A stretch of 28,219 bases of DNA from contig JALTLO010000008.1 of assembly GCA_027001995.1 (NCBI GenBank), forward strand, positions 1 through 28,219, given 5' to 3'. Source of the stretch: Planctomycetota bacterium. GTDB lineage: Bacteria > Planctomycetota > GCA-002687715 > DRQF01. The translations under genes and the position numbers were made by a program. Positions 1 to 8,548 of this stretch are shown here, piece after piece (position 1 is the stretch's first letter; each line of letters starts with the position of its first letter). The notes under the pieces are model-generated. The model worked only from the letters and a program-made list of their open reading frames with translations, did no database searches and was not told where the DNA came from.

Positions 1-357
1 AGCCTTATCGATGACTTCACCATCCATGAAACCGCCGAGGACCTCCAGGTTCTCGATACTCTTAGCTTCTTCCATCACGATCTTAGAGATCGCGATCGCA
101 CCTTCGCCGCCGAACGCAATACCAGCAGGTCCGCTGATAATGGAATCGACACCGGTCATTCCAACTTTTTCCAAAGCAATGAAGCCGAGACGGTTTCTCA
201 AGTGGAGAAACGTCACGCCTTCGCTCCGAAAACGGGAACGTAGGTGCTCGGTCTCATGAACGGTCATCCGACCTGGATTCACGAACACGGCCGAGTCATG
301 CCCTTCAAGTGTTTTTGTGACTTGCTGGACAATGGCATTTTTCATGGGTTTACTCAT
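1..357 (-). CDS. rplJ: 50S ribosomal protein L10 (partial, runs off window)
   Basis: Not in the ORF track. Manual translation from ATG at 357 gives MSKPMKNAIVQQVTKTLEGHDSAVFVNPGRMTVHETEHLRSRFRSEGVTFLHLRNRL...ISGPAGIAFG...VLGGFMDGEVI, an L10 pattern. AAGGA Shine-Dalgarno upstream; directly follows rplA. Confidence 0.93.
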   Translation of the reverse strand, partial: MSKPMKNAIVQQVTKTLEGHDSAVFVNPGRMTVHETEHLRSRFRSEGVTFLHLRNRLGFIALEKVGMTGVDSIISGPAGIAFGGEGAIAISKIVMEEAKSIENLEVLGGFMDGEVIDKA

Positions 358-382
358 GATTTCAGTCCTTTCATCTCAGTCA

Positions 383-1066
383 TCACAACTTGATAGGCAC
401 TCCGGGACTCATCGTCGCCGTCAAGGTCGCTTTGACCATATAATGGCCTTTCACAGCGCTGGGCTTGACGTGATCGAGATGATCCAGAAGAGCTTTGACA
501 TTTTCTGCGAGCTTGGCGTCCTCGAAGGATCGCTTACCGACAGGGGCATGGACATTGCCACCCGAGTCGACGCGAAATTCGATTTTACCAGCAACAAATT
601 CACTTACTGCGGTACCCACATCCATGGTAACGGTTCCGGCCTTTGGACTCGGCATTTTGCCCTGGGGACCCAGGACCTTTCCGAGACGGCCGACGTGACG
701 CATCATGTCGGGAGTAGCAACAGCCACATCGAAATCCATCCAACCATCCTGGATCTTTTGAGCCAGGTCGGCGGAACCGACTTCGACTGCCCCCGCGTTC
801 TTTGCTTCCTCGGCCTTAGGGCCTTCGGCAAAGCAAATAACACGAAGGGTTTTGCCGATCCCGTGCGGTAGAGAGATCGCCCCACGAACCATTTGGTCCG
901 ATTTTTTTGGGTCGATTCCTAATCGCACGCAAAGCTCGACGGTTTCGTCAAACTTCGCCTTAGGAAAGCCAGACAAGGTTTGGATTGCAGTCTCCAAAGC
1001 TTCGGCCTCCTGAGGGGCTCGGGCCTTGGCCGCGCGGTACCTTTTGCTCCGCTTTGGCATAGGCAT
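383..1066 (-). CDS. rplA: 50S ribosomal protein L1
   Basis: Motifs [62 protein letters not shown] Shine-Dalgarno. Confidence 0.99.
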   Translation of the reverse strand: MPMPKRSKRYRAAKARAPQEAEALETAIQTLSGFPKAKFDETVELCVRLGIDPKKSDQMVRGAISLPHGIGKTLRVICFAEGPKAEEAKNAGAVEVGSADLAQKIQDGWMDFDVAVATPDMMRHVGRLGKVLGPQGKMPSPKAGTVTMDVGTAVSEFVAGKIEFRVDSGGNVHAPVGKRSFEDAKLAENVKALLDHLDHVKPSAVKGHYMVKATLTATMSPGVPIKL

Positions 1067-1095
1067 AGCCTCCTTGAGGTGCTGAGTTCCATTCC

Positions 1096-1126
1096 GTGGT
1101 TAGACCGCACCTCAATGGTCTCCCAC
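1096..1126 (-). promoter_or_regulatory. Putative L1-binding autoregulatory mRNA structure
   Basis: Minus strand GTGGGAGACC-attgaggtgc-GGTCTAACCAC forms GUGG/CCAC and AGACC/GGUCU helices around an asymmetric loop. It resembles the 23S rRNA L1 site (GUGGGAG...ACCAC) and lies 30 nt upstream of the rplA start. Confidence 0.75.
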
Positions 1127-1207
1127 GAAATTACAATGGGGATACACAAGCATCCCACAGGAAGGACGAGTCCTCCCAAACGAACCCCAGAGGTTCGTTG
1201 TTTCATT

Positions 1208-1633
1208 CTAGCCTTTGACGACTAACCCCATAGAGCGAGCTGTGCCAGCAATTATATTGATGGCAGCATCGATATCAGAGGCGTTCAAGCCATCCATTTT
1301 GGTTTCAGCAATCTCTTTGAGCTGAGCCCGCGTCACAGTGCCAACCTTGTTGACATTAGGCTCACCTGATCCCTTCAGGACCCCTGCTGCTTTCTTCAGC
1401 AAGACCGCTGCAGGTGGCGACTTGATGATGAAGTCGAAGCTACGATCACTGAAAACGGAAATCTCGACAGGCAATACCATGCCGGGTTGTTCTTTTGTTG
1501 CGTCATTAAAACGCTTCACGAATTCAGCAATGTTCACACCGTGCTGACCCAAAGCGGGTCCCACAGGAGGAGCTGGTGTTGCCTGCCCACCAGGACATTG
1601 CAACTTAATTTTCGCGGTGATTTCCTTGGCCAT
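1208..1633 (-). CDS. rplK: 50S ribosomal protein L11
   Basis: Motifs [26 protein letters not shown] and IAGTARSMG. Confidence 0.99.
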   Translation of the reverse strand: MAKEITAKIKLQCPGGQATPAPPVGPALGQHGVNIAEFVKRFNDATKEQPGMVLPVEISVFSDRSFDFIIKSPPAAVLLKKAAGVLKGSGEPNVNKVGTVTRAQLKEIAETKMDGLNASDIDAAINIIAGTARSMGLVVKG

Positions 1634-1705
1634 GATATTGTTCCGTCTCTTTTAGGCCCCTCATCAAACAGGGGCCAACTCAATTTTGACTATGACAGGG
1701 AAGAA

Positions 1706-2269
1706 CTAAATCTTCTCAGCCTGCCAGTACTCCAATTCGACCGGGGCAGCCCGACCAAAGATATTTACCGTCACGCGAATCCGGCCCTTCTCAGGCAAGA
1801 TCTCTTCAACCACACCATCGAAGTCTTCGAATGGGCCATCCTTGATTTTGACCTGCTCACCGACGTCAAAATTAATCTTGATGACTGTCTTTTCTTCGGA
1901 TTCTTCACCGACTCCAAAGATCTTGGCTACCTCATCAGGTGTCAAAGGATAGGGCTTTGTGTGGGTTCCGCCATGGGATCCAACAAAGTCACCAACCCCG
2001 GGAGTTTCCCGAACGAAGAGCCAAGTTTGCTCATCCATGTAGAGCTCAATGTATACATACCCAGGAAAAAGCTTCTCAGAGCGAACGCGTTTCTTGCCGT
2101 TCTTGATCTCTTCAAACTTCTTAACTGGCACAGCAACTTCAGTGATGCGATCGCCAAAACCATGAGTCTCGATCTTACGATCGAGTGTCTTACGGACGCG
2201 CTCTTCTTTGTTGCTCTGAACGCGAATGGCGTACCATTGCTTCTCTGTGGCTTGCTTTCCAGGTTCCAT
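1706..2269 (-). CDS. nusG: Transcription termination/antitermination factor NusG
   Basis: WYAIRVQSNKE, LFPGYV, VRETPGV, KOW motif VKIKDGPFEDFDGVV, VNIFGR. Start overlaps the secE stop (TGATG). Confidence 0.99.
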   Translation of the reverse strand: MEPGKQATEKQWYAIRVQSNKEERVRKTLDRKIETHGFGDRITEVAVPVKKFEEIKNGKKRVRSEKLFPGYVYIELYMDEQTWLFVRETPGVGDFVGSHGGTHTKPYPLTPDEVAKIFGVGEESEEKTVIKINFDVGEQVKIKDGPFEDFDGVVEEILPEKGRIRVTVNIFGRAAPVELEYWQAEKI

Positions 2270-2688
2270 CAGATGATCTTCTTAAAGATAGTTGCCAGAG
2301 CGTATTCCACTGCGGTCAGATATGCGGCACAGACAGCCACAAAAATGAGCACAATCACTGTGGAGTGCCGCGCATCATCCCATGTAGGCCACGAGACTTT
2401 CTTGAGCTCCGCCTCAGTATCAATGAGAACCGTCGCTGGTTTTTGGCCATTCAAATATTTGAAGGTCCAAAAAGCGAATGCCACGTTGAGCGCAAGACAA
2501 AGCAGGACACCCACGGTCACTGCTTGCTCGTAGTAGGGCAATTCCAAGTTGAGCAATGTCACACGAGCCCACTCCCAGCGCGAGATCGTGCCAGATAGGT
2601 CCCTGAAACCCCAAACGGACAGAATTAGGAGCGAATAGAAAGCAACGCGCCGCGTCATCTTGCCTTCGCCATTCTTGTAGATATCCAC
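2269..2688 (-). CDS. secE: Preprotein translocase subunit SecE (long, ~3 TM form)
   Basis: Motif ELKKVSWPT followed by a TM helix; lies before nusG. Start revised to GTG at 2688 (VDIYKNGEG, AAGGGG Shine-Dalgarno) from the track's 2799. Confidence 0.92.
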   Translation of the reverse strand: MDIYKNGEGKMTRRVAFYSLLILSVWGFRDLSGTISRWEWARVTLLNLELPYYEQAVTVGVLLCLALNVAFAFWTFKYLNGQKPATVLIDTEAELKKVSWPTWDDARHSTVIVLIFVAVCAAYLTAVEYALATIFKKII

Positions 2689-2770
2689 GTCACACCCCTT
2701 TCGGGCGAACCGGGCCTCAACCCACCTACTGGAATCGTCGCGGTGCCCAAAAGGGCGCCGCGACGTACCG

Positions 2771-2806
2771 AAAATCAAACGCTGGGTGGCGCAAGGCACC
2801 GCCCAG
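2771..2806 (-). terminator. Putative intrinsic terminator/hairpin after tuf
   Basis: Minus strand CTGGGCGGTGC-CTT-GCGCCACCCAG followed by CGTTTGATTTT. A second GC-rich hairpin lies at 2736-2765. Confidence 0.5.
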
Positions 2807-2821
2807 GTCTTATGAAATCAA

Positions 2822-4027
2822 CTACTCGATGATCTTGCCGACAACACCAGCACCCACGGTACGACCACCTTCGCGAATAGCGAAGCGCAGCTCTTGCTCC
2901 ATGGCGATTGGTGTAATCAAGGTGATCTCAACGCTCACGTTGTCACCAGGCATGACCATCTCAGTTCCTTCTGGAAGCTTGACAGTTCCTGTCACGTCAG
3001 TTGTACGGAAGTAGAACTGAGGACGGTAACCATCGAAGAATGGTGTATGACGACCACCTTCATCTTTGCTCAAGACATAAACTTCACCGGTGAACTTGGT
3101 GTGAGGGTTGATCGAACCTGGCTTAGCAATAACTTGGCCGCGCTCGATGTCTTCCTTCTTAATACCACGGAGAAGCAAACCGACGTTGTCCCCAGCTTCA
3201 CCCGTAGGCAAGGTCTTCTTGAACATCTCAACACCAGTACAAACCGAATCGGTTGTATCCTTGATGCCGATGATTTCGACTTTGTCGTTGATGTTAATAA
3301 CACCACGCTCAATACGACCAGTTGCCACGGTTCCACGACCTTCAATGGAGAACACGTCTTCCACTGGCATCAGGAATGGCTTGTCGACATCGCGCTTAGG
3401 TGTGGGAATGTAGCTGTCAATGGCATCCATCAATTCATAGATGCACTTGAAAGCTTCATCATCAGGCCCCTTGTCAGCCTGAGCAGCTTCAAGAGCCTTC
3501 AAAGCTGAACCATGGATCACAGGAATGTCATCACCTGGGAACTCGTACATGCTGAGAAGCTCACGAAGCTCCATCTCGACCAACTCGAGAAGCTCTTCGT
3601 CGTCCACCATGTCGCATTTGTTCATGAAGCAAACGATTGCAGGAACACCAACCTGGCGAGCCAAAAGAATGTGCTCCCGAGTCTGTGGCATTGGGCCATC
3701 AGTGGCGGCCACAACGATGATAGCACCGTCCATTTGTGCCGCACCGGTGATCATGTTCTTGACATAATCAGCATGCCCTGGGCAATCAACATGAGCATAG
3801 TGACGGGCATCAGTCTCATACTCGACGTGAGCGGTTGCGATTGTGATACCGCGCTCGCGCTCTTCTGGAGCATTATCGATCTGATCAAAGTCACGCTTTT
3901 CAGCGAGACCTTTTTGCGCCAAACTTGCTGTAATTGCTGCAGTAAGGGTGGTTTTACCGTGGTCAACGTGACCAATGGTGCCGATATTGCAATGGGGTTT
4001 GGTTCTTTCAAATACTTCTTTGGCCAT
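2822..4027 (-). CDS. tuf: Elongation factor Tu
   Basis: [45 protein letters not shown]. True start is ATG at 4027 (MAKEVFER) with AAGGAG Shine-Dalgarno; the track's upstream extension overlaps a tRNA. Confidence 0.99.
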   Translation of the reverse strand: MAKEVFERTKPHCNIGTIGHVDHGKTTLTAAITASLAQKGLAEKRDFDQIDNAPEERERGITIATAHVEYETDARHYAHVDCPGHADYVKNMITGAAQMDGAIIVVAATDGPMPQTREHILLARQVGVPAIVCFMNKCDMVDDEELLELVEMELRELLSMYEFPGDDIPVIHGSALKALEAAQADKGPDDEAFKCIYELMDAIDSYIPTPKRDVDKPFLMPVEDVFSIEGRGTVATGRIERGVININDKVEIIGIKDTTDSVCTGVEMFKKTLPTGEAGDNVGLLLRGIKKEDIERGQVIAKPGSINPHTKFTGEVYVLSKDEGGRHTPFFDGYRPQFYFRTTDVTGTVKLPEGTEMVMPGDNVSVEITLITPIAMEQELRFAIREGGRTVGAGVVGKIIE

Positions 4028-4165
4028 GACTGACTCCTTTTGACCATCTGCCCGGTCGCTTTGACCAAGCCTTCGACAATCCCGAATGAATTCTGCGTTC
4101 CTTGCAACGGCAAGGATCGGCTCTGGCTGTCTCCGACACCGCGTCGGAATTGCCCTAACAATGAG

Positions 4166-4237
4166 AGCTGCTGATGGGATTTGAACCCATGACCTCGTCC
4201 TTACCAAGGACGTGCTCTACCCCTGAGCCACAGCAGC
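4166..4237 (-). tRNA. tRNA-Thr(GGU)
   Basis: GCTGCTGTGGCTCAGGGGTAGAGCACGTCCTT-GGT-AAGGACGAGGTCATGGGTTCAAATCCCATCAGCAGCT folds as a cloverleaf. CCA not encoded. Confidence 0.97.
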
Positions 4238-4288
4238 AAACCAACTCAAGTCGCCCTGCGACTCGTTTCATGACAAGCATGAACAAAG

Positions 4289-4370
4289 TGGGGAGAGAAG
4301 GACTCGAACCTTCGAAGGCATAGCCAACGGATTTACAGTCCGCCCCGTTTGACCACTCCGGCATCTCCCC
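4289..4370 (-). tRNA. tRNA-Tyr(GUA)
   Basis: GGGGAGATGCCGGAGTGGTCAAACGGGGCGGACT-GTA-AATCCG, long variable arm, then GAAGGTTCGAGTCCTTCTCTCCCCA. Confidence 0.97.
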
Positions 4371-4462
4371 GAATTTTTGATCGAGACCGAGATCTCGACC
4401 GTCCCATCAGCCCGTAAGTCTAAGCTGTAAAACAACTTATCAGCGACCGGAGCCAATGAAAG

Positions 4463-4534
4463 AGCCAGCGGTCGGGGTCGAACCGACGACCTGCGGTTTA
4501 CAAAACCGCTGCTCTACCACTGAGCTACGCTGGC
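4463..4534 (-). tRNA. tRNA-Thr(UGU)
   Basis: GCCAGCGTAGCTCAGTGGTAGAGCAGCGGTTT-TGT-AAACCGCAGGTCGTCGGTTCGACCCCGACCGCTGGCT folds as a cloverleaf. Confidence 0.97.
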
Positions 4535-4564
4535 AAATGGCCCACGGGCCAAATTGGAAGTGAG

Positions 4565-4592
4565 ATGATATGCCGCGTAACCCCGCTATCAA
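4565..4592 (-). promoter_or_regulatory. Putative sigma70 promoter of the tRNA-tuf operon
   Basis: Minus strand TTGATA-N16-TATCAT, about 30 nt upstream of tRNA-Thr(UGU). Confidence 0.6.
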
Positions 4593-4835
4593 GGCTCGTT
4601 ACTCAAAAAGGGAAGTTCTTCCTTAACCATTACTGTCAATAGACTTAGGAAATGACAATCCGGACCCATGAGCTTTTTTTGCAATGGAAACCGAAATCGG
4701 GCACTCAAGTTGCGCTGGAGGGCGCCTTTCGACTCCGAATGTCAGGGACAAAATAATCGCCCTGATTTCTCCCAAAAATTGCAGCAAGAACTGACCAAAG
4801 ACTGTTCCTATAAGGAATTAAGAACATTCTCTTCC

Positions 4836-4864
4836 TTGGCAAGGCAGGATGAGGGGATTATGGT
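4836..4864 (+). promoter_or_regulatory. Putative sigma70 promoter of FG-GAP gene 1 (possibly leaderless transcript)
   Basis: TTGGCA-N17-TATGGT. The ATG lies 7 nt after the -10 box. Confidence 0.4.
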
Positions 4865-4870
4865 CCATTT

Positions 4871-6508
4871 ATGAAACTTTCGTGGCTCCTTTTAACTGGG
4901 TTTGTTTTGCACGCTCTTTCTGGCAGTGCCACAGGCCAAGTTCCGTTCCGAGTGGTCAAGAAGGGCACCCAATTCGGGCAGATCTATGGCTCCTCCTTGG
5001 CCAACGTCGGCGACTTGAATGGGGATGGAGTCAATGACATTGCTGTCGGGGCCTCCGGCAGCAAAAAGCCTGGCTCCGGATCCGCAGAAGGGGCCGTGGA
5101 GATTCTCTCCGGCACCGACGGTAACCTCATCTGGGGCCGTTGGGGGGAGAGGCAGGGGGATTTCTTTGGCACCGCGATCACAGGGGGCTTTGATAGCAAT
5201 CAAGATGGGGTGAAGGATGTCGTGATTGGCGCCCCCTACTATGACCTCCTCACTTTCAACGAAGGCCGAGTCTACTTGGTTGACGGCAAGACCAAGAAAG
5301 TCATGGGAACTTTGGACGGCCCCTCCACTTCCTCCCTCTACGGAAGCGCCTTGGCGACCATTGATGATGTCGACGGTGATGGCGTCGCTGATTTCCTGGT
5401 TGGGGCCCCCCTCGCCTCCTTCGTGTTCGGTACTGAGGGGTATGTGGAAGTCATTTCTGGCCGCGACCTCACCGTCATCAGAACCCACAGTGGCGTCAAT
5501 CTTGGGGACAATATGGGGCAAGCCCTCACTGCCCTGGGTGATGTGGATCACGATGAAATTGGTGACTATGCCATCAGCACCCCGGGTTATGATGGTCGGG
5601 GGCTCAATCGAGGCGCTGTGGATGTATTCTCTGGGGCAACAGGGATTCGACTGGCTCGCTTCACCGGCAAACACAACGTCGGCCTCTATGGTAAGTCGAT
5701 AGCGGGCATGTCAACTCAAGACGAGTTGCACCAAGAGCTCCTGTTTATCGGTGCTCCTAATAGCCCAAGCATTGGCCCACTTGCCGGATTGGTGGAAGTC
5801 GTTTCTCTGTCCACCATGAGTGTCATTCAAACCTTGATGCCAAGGACAAGCTTCAGCCGCTTTGGTTACAACGTGGCCAATGGTGGCGACCTCAATGGCG
5901 ACGGCCTCCAAGACCTCCTGGTAGGGGCTACCAGCGACAATGCTGGGGGGGTCCTGTCAGGAAGCGTTTCCATTTTCTCAGGGAATGGCTTCTTCAGCAT
6001 CGGCAAATTCCCGGGCATTCCAGGTTCATCTTTGGGCCAAGCTATCGTCGGCATGGGCGACACAAACGGAGACGGTTTAGGGGAGTTCGCCATGGGCTCC
6101 TTCGAATTCATCACAGCTTCCCTTCAGGGGAGCATGGCCATCGTGAGTTACATGGGCGTTTCCAAGCTGCCAGTGCCCACCCCCTTACTCGGGCTCGTCT
6201 GGGTTTCGGGTTCGAACCTCGGCCACCCTCAAGAAACACAAGGAGCCTTGGTCGCCAGCGGTCCACCGGGCACCGTTTGTGTCTTCGGCACCTCCTTGGA
6301 ATTGGGCGGTGCCGTTGGACCGATCTTCCTGGATCCTAACTCGACTTTCTTTCGGCAGTTCTTTACCATGCCCCCTGTTGGCAGCCGTGTCTTCCCTCTT
6401 GACTTACGACAGCCTTCTATTGCCGGAACCATCTTAACTGCTCAAGTCTTGACTTGGCCAAGCCTTACGGGACTTTCACCTGCCATCAACCTACTTCTCG
6501 GCCAGTGA
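4871..6508 (+). CDS. Secreted FG-GAP (integrin alpha-like) 7-bladed beta-propeller protein with unassigned C-terminal domain
   Basis: Signal peptide ending ATG|Q. Seven FG...DxDxDG...GAP-type repeats; blade 5 lacks the Ca-binding loop. ~120-aa C-terminal domain. Confidence 0.9.
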   Translation: MKLSWLLLTGFVLHALSGSATGQVPFRVVKKGTQFGQIYGSSLANVGDLNGDGVNDIAVGASGSKKPGSGSAEGAVEILSGTDGNLIWGRWGERQGDFFGTAITGGFDSNQDGVKDVVIGAPYYDLLTFNEGRVYLVDGKTKKVMGTLDGPSTSSLYGSALATIDDVDGDGVADFLVGAPLASFVFGTEGYVEVISGRDLTVIRTHSGVNLGDNMGQALTALGDVDHDEIGDYAISTPGYDGRGLNRGAVDVFSGATGIRLARFTGKHNVGLYGKSIAGMSTQDELHQELLFIGAPNSPSIGPLAGLVEVVSLSTMSVIQTLMPRTSFSRFGYNVANGGDLNGDGLQDLLVGATSDNAGGVLSGSVSIFSGNGFFSIGKFPGIPGSSLGQAIVGMGDTNGDGLGEFAMGSFEFITASLQGSMAIVSYMGVSKLPVPTPLLGLVWVSGSNLGHPQETQGALVASGPPGTVCVFGTSLELGGAVGPIFLDPNSTFFRQFFTMPPVGSRVFPLDLRQPSIAGTILTAQVLTWPSLTGLSPAINLLLGQ

Positions 6509-6554
6509 TTCACTCCCAGGACCTCACCATTCTCAGAGTGGATAAATAACCAAG

Positions 6555-6583
6555 TTCACAAGACCGTCCTCTACTGCTATGAT
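6555..6583 (+). promoter_or_regulatory. Putative sigma70 promoter of FG-GAP gene 2
   Basis: TTCACA-N17-TATGAT with extended -10 TGn. Confidence 0.55.
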
Positions 6584-6625
6584 GGCCTCAACCATCGCCC
6601 CTAAAGCCACCGAGCCTATAAACAA

Positions 6626-8257
6626 ATGACAACCATCATCCGAGCCATGGCGCTTCTCTGCGCCTTGACATATACCTGCAGCGTTTCTTGCCAAACCCCC
6701 TTGCCCCTTCGCTATCAATTGAATGGCGATCAAATTTTTGGATCCTTTGGGCAGCAGCTCAGCACAGTGCAAGATCTCGATGGCGACAATATCGCCGACT
6801 TCTTAGTCAGTGCCATCCCCCAGGGCCGGGTTTTCGTTTACTCAGGAGCCACAGGAACTCTCTTGTTCACGCTTTTGACCACAGGACTCTTTGATGACTT
6901 CGGAGCCTCCATTTGCGGCTTGGCTGATATCAACGGTGATGGCACAGCAGATATAGCCGTAGGGGCTCCCGGCGACGACAACATTGCCAATGACGCTGGC
7001 CGTGTTGATTTCTTTTCTGGTGCCGATGGGGCCTTCATGACGAGCATTTTTGGTGACTTCGCAGAAGACCGCCTTGGCAATGCTGTCAGTGGCATCGATG
7101 ATTTAAACGGCGACGGAATTAGCGACATTCTTGTTGGTGCTCCAGGGACCTTCGCAAACGGCTATGTCCGGACAATTTCTGGCTCCGACTTCTCGACCCT
7201 GAGTACATTCTTCGGGCCCCATCCCGGGTCTGCCATGGGCTGGCAAGTAGCAGCCTTGGATGATATCGACGGCGATGGTCTCCAAGAAATTGCCACCACC
7301 GCAGTACGGGCGGACGACAACAGCGGCAATGCGGAAACCGGTCGAGTCCTGGTCATCGCCGGCTCTGGAACAACAATCTTGGTGGACGTTTTCGGTTTAA
7401 GCGCTGGAGATCATTTGGGGCTCACATTGGCAGCTTTGCCTGACATCGACGGAGACAACAAAGGCGATCTCATCGTTGGTAGTACAAACGACTCCCGCGG
7501 AGGTCCAGATGCTGGAAGCGCCTTGGTGATTTCTGGGGGCACAGCTTCTACTTTATTCGACATTCTCGGGCAGCAACCCTTCGCCCTCTTTGGTTCCGCC
7601 GTGGCCCATGTGGGTGACATGAACGGCGACGGCGTAGCAGACTTCGCTATCGGAGCGACATTTCACGACGGCCCCGTGGCAGATTCAGGGCTCGTCTCGA
7701 TTCGCAGTGGCGCCACGGGCAACCTCCTTGAAGAATTCACTGACACCATCTCAAGTTCCCAATGGGGAGCTTCCATCGCTGGTTTGGGCGACATCAATCA
7801 AGATGGCTTCTCTGAATTCATCGGGGGGCGCCCCAATTCATCCGGCACACAGATATTCGCTGGTAGCCTTCGGGTCATGTGCTTGGGAGGTGTGCGCTCC
7901 TACGGTTCCACGAATCTTCCCCCGACGAATCGCGTGCTTTTTTGGGAACCAGGCCCGGAAGCAAATCGAAGCAATGGTGATTTCATTATTGACGGGGCCG
8001 ATCCATTCGACTTGGGCGTCGTCGCCGTTAGCTTTGCCCCAGGGGAATTAGACTTCTCTGGTCTGCCGGTCTTGCTGAATACGGCCCCCACCCTCCTCAT
8101 CATCAACCACAATTTTGTCTTTCAATTGGATGGCACCGCTATCTTCCCCACGGACATAGCCAGCCCTTTCCTCACAGGAATTCGGGTTTACCTCCAAGGG
8201 TTCGACGCCCAATTTCCCTACGGTGCAACCAACGGCATTGAGCTCCGCTTGCTTTGA
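6626..8257 (+). CDS. Secreted FG-GAP 7-bladed beta-propeller protein with unassigned C-terminal domain
   Basis: Hydrophobic N-terminus ending VSC|Q. Seven repeats, e.g. FGASICGLADINGDGTADIAVGAPG. C-terminus ...YLQG...ATNGIELRLL. Confidence 0.9.
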   Translation: MTTIIRAMALLCALTYTCSVSCQTPLPLRYQLNGDQIFGSFGQQLSTVQDLDGDNIADFLVSAIPQGRVFVYSGATGTLLFTLLTTGLFDDFGASICGLADINGDGTADIAVGAPGDDNIANDAGRVDFFSGADGAFMTSIFGDFAEDRLGNAVSGIDDLNGDGISDILVGAPGTFANGYVRTISGSDFSTLSTFFGPHPGSAMGWQVAALDDIDGDGLQEIATTAVRADDNSGNAETGRVLVIAGSGTTILVDVFGLSAGDHLGLTLAALPDIDGDNKGDLIVGSTNDSRGGPDAGSALVISGGTASTLFDILGQQPFALFGSAVAHVGDMNGDGVADFAIGATFHDGPVADSGLVSIRSGATGNLLEEFTDTISSSQWGASIAGLGDINQDGFSEFIGGRPNSSGTQIFAGSLRVMCLGGVRSYGSTNLPPTNRVLFWEPGPEANRSNGDFIIDGADPFDLGVVAVSFAPGELDFSGLPVLLNTAPTLLIINHNFVFQLDGTAIFPTDIASPFLTGIRVYLQGFDAQFPYGATNGIELRLL

Positions 8258-8271
8258 GTACAAAGGGACGT

Positions 8272-8295
8272 GTTGGGCTTAGGGAGAAGCCCAAC
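8272..8295 (+). terminator. Hairpin after FG-GAP gene 2
   Basis: GTTGGGCTT-agggag-AAGCCCAAC, a perfect 9-bp stem with no immediate U-tract. Confidence 0.4.
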
Positions 8296-8478
8296 GATCA
8301 AAACACCACTTTTGCTTTATCAGGATGAACCTCAACTGAACATCACCTGATCTGACGCATCTTTTTATTTGATCAAGACTTGCACCAGACCAAGCCCCCA
8401 CCTCTCCCCATGAATAGGGGCTTTGACCGGTTCTGCCCTTCCGCCACAACGATCTTCCCGACTGTAGAATTTCCTATC

Positions 8479-8506
8479 TTGCACAATTTCTGAGGATCAC
8501 TATTCT
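8479..8506 (+). promoter_or_regulatory. Putative sigma70 promoter of FG-GAP gene 3
   Basis: TTGCAC-N16-TATTCT, about 40 nt before the ATG at 8549. Confidence 0.4.
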
Positions 8507-8548
8507 CCACGAACCCTTTTAAATCATTCAGACTATGTGGAGAGAACC

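Noticed and set aside
1487..2533. 348-aa plus-strand ORF, and similar long antisense ORFs at 317-871, 2894-3508, 3512-4033, 4892-5674, 11718-12260 and 16028-16639
   Set aside because: They are antisense shadows of well-supported genes with no recognisable motifs, as expected from codon bias.
4028..4207. N-terminal extension of EF-Tu in the ORF track
   Set aside because: It overlaps tRNA-Thr(GGU). The canonical MAKE start with a Shine-Dalgarno is at 4027.
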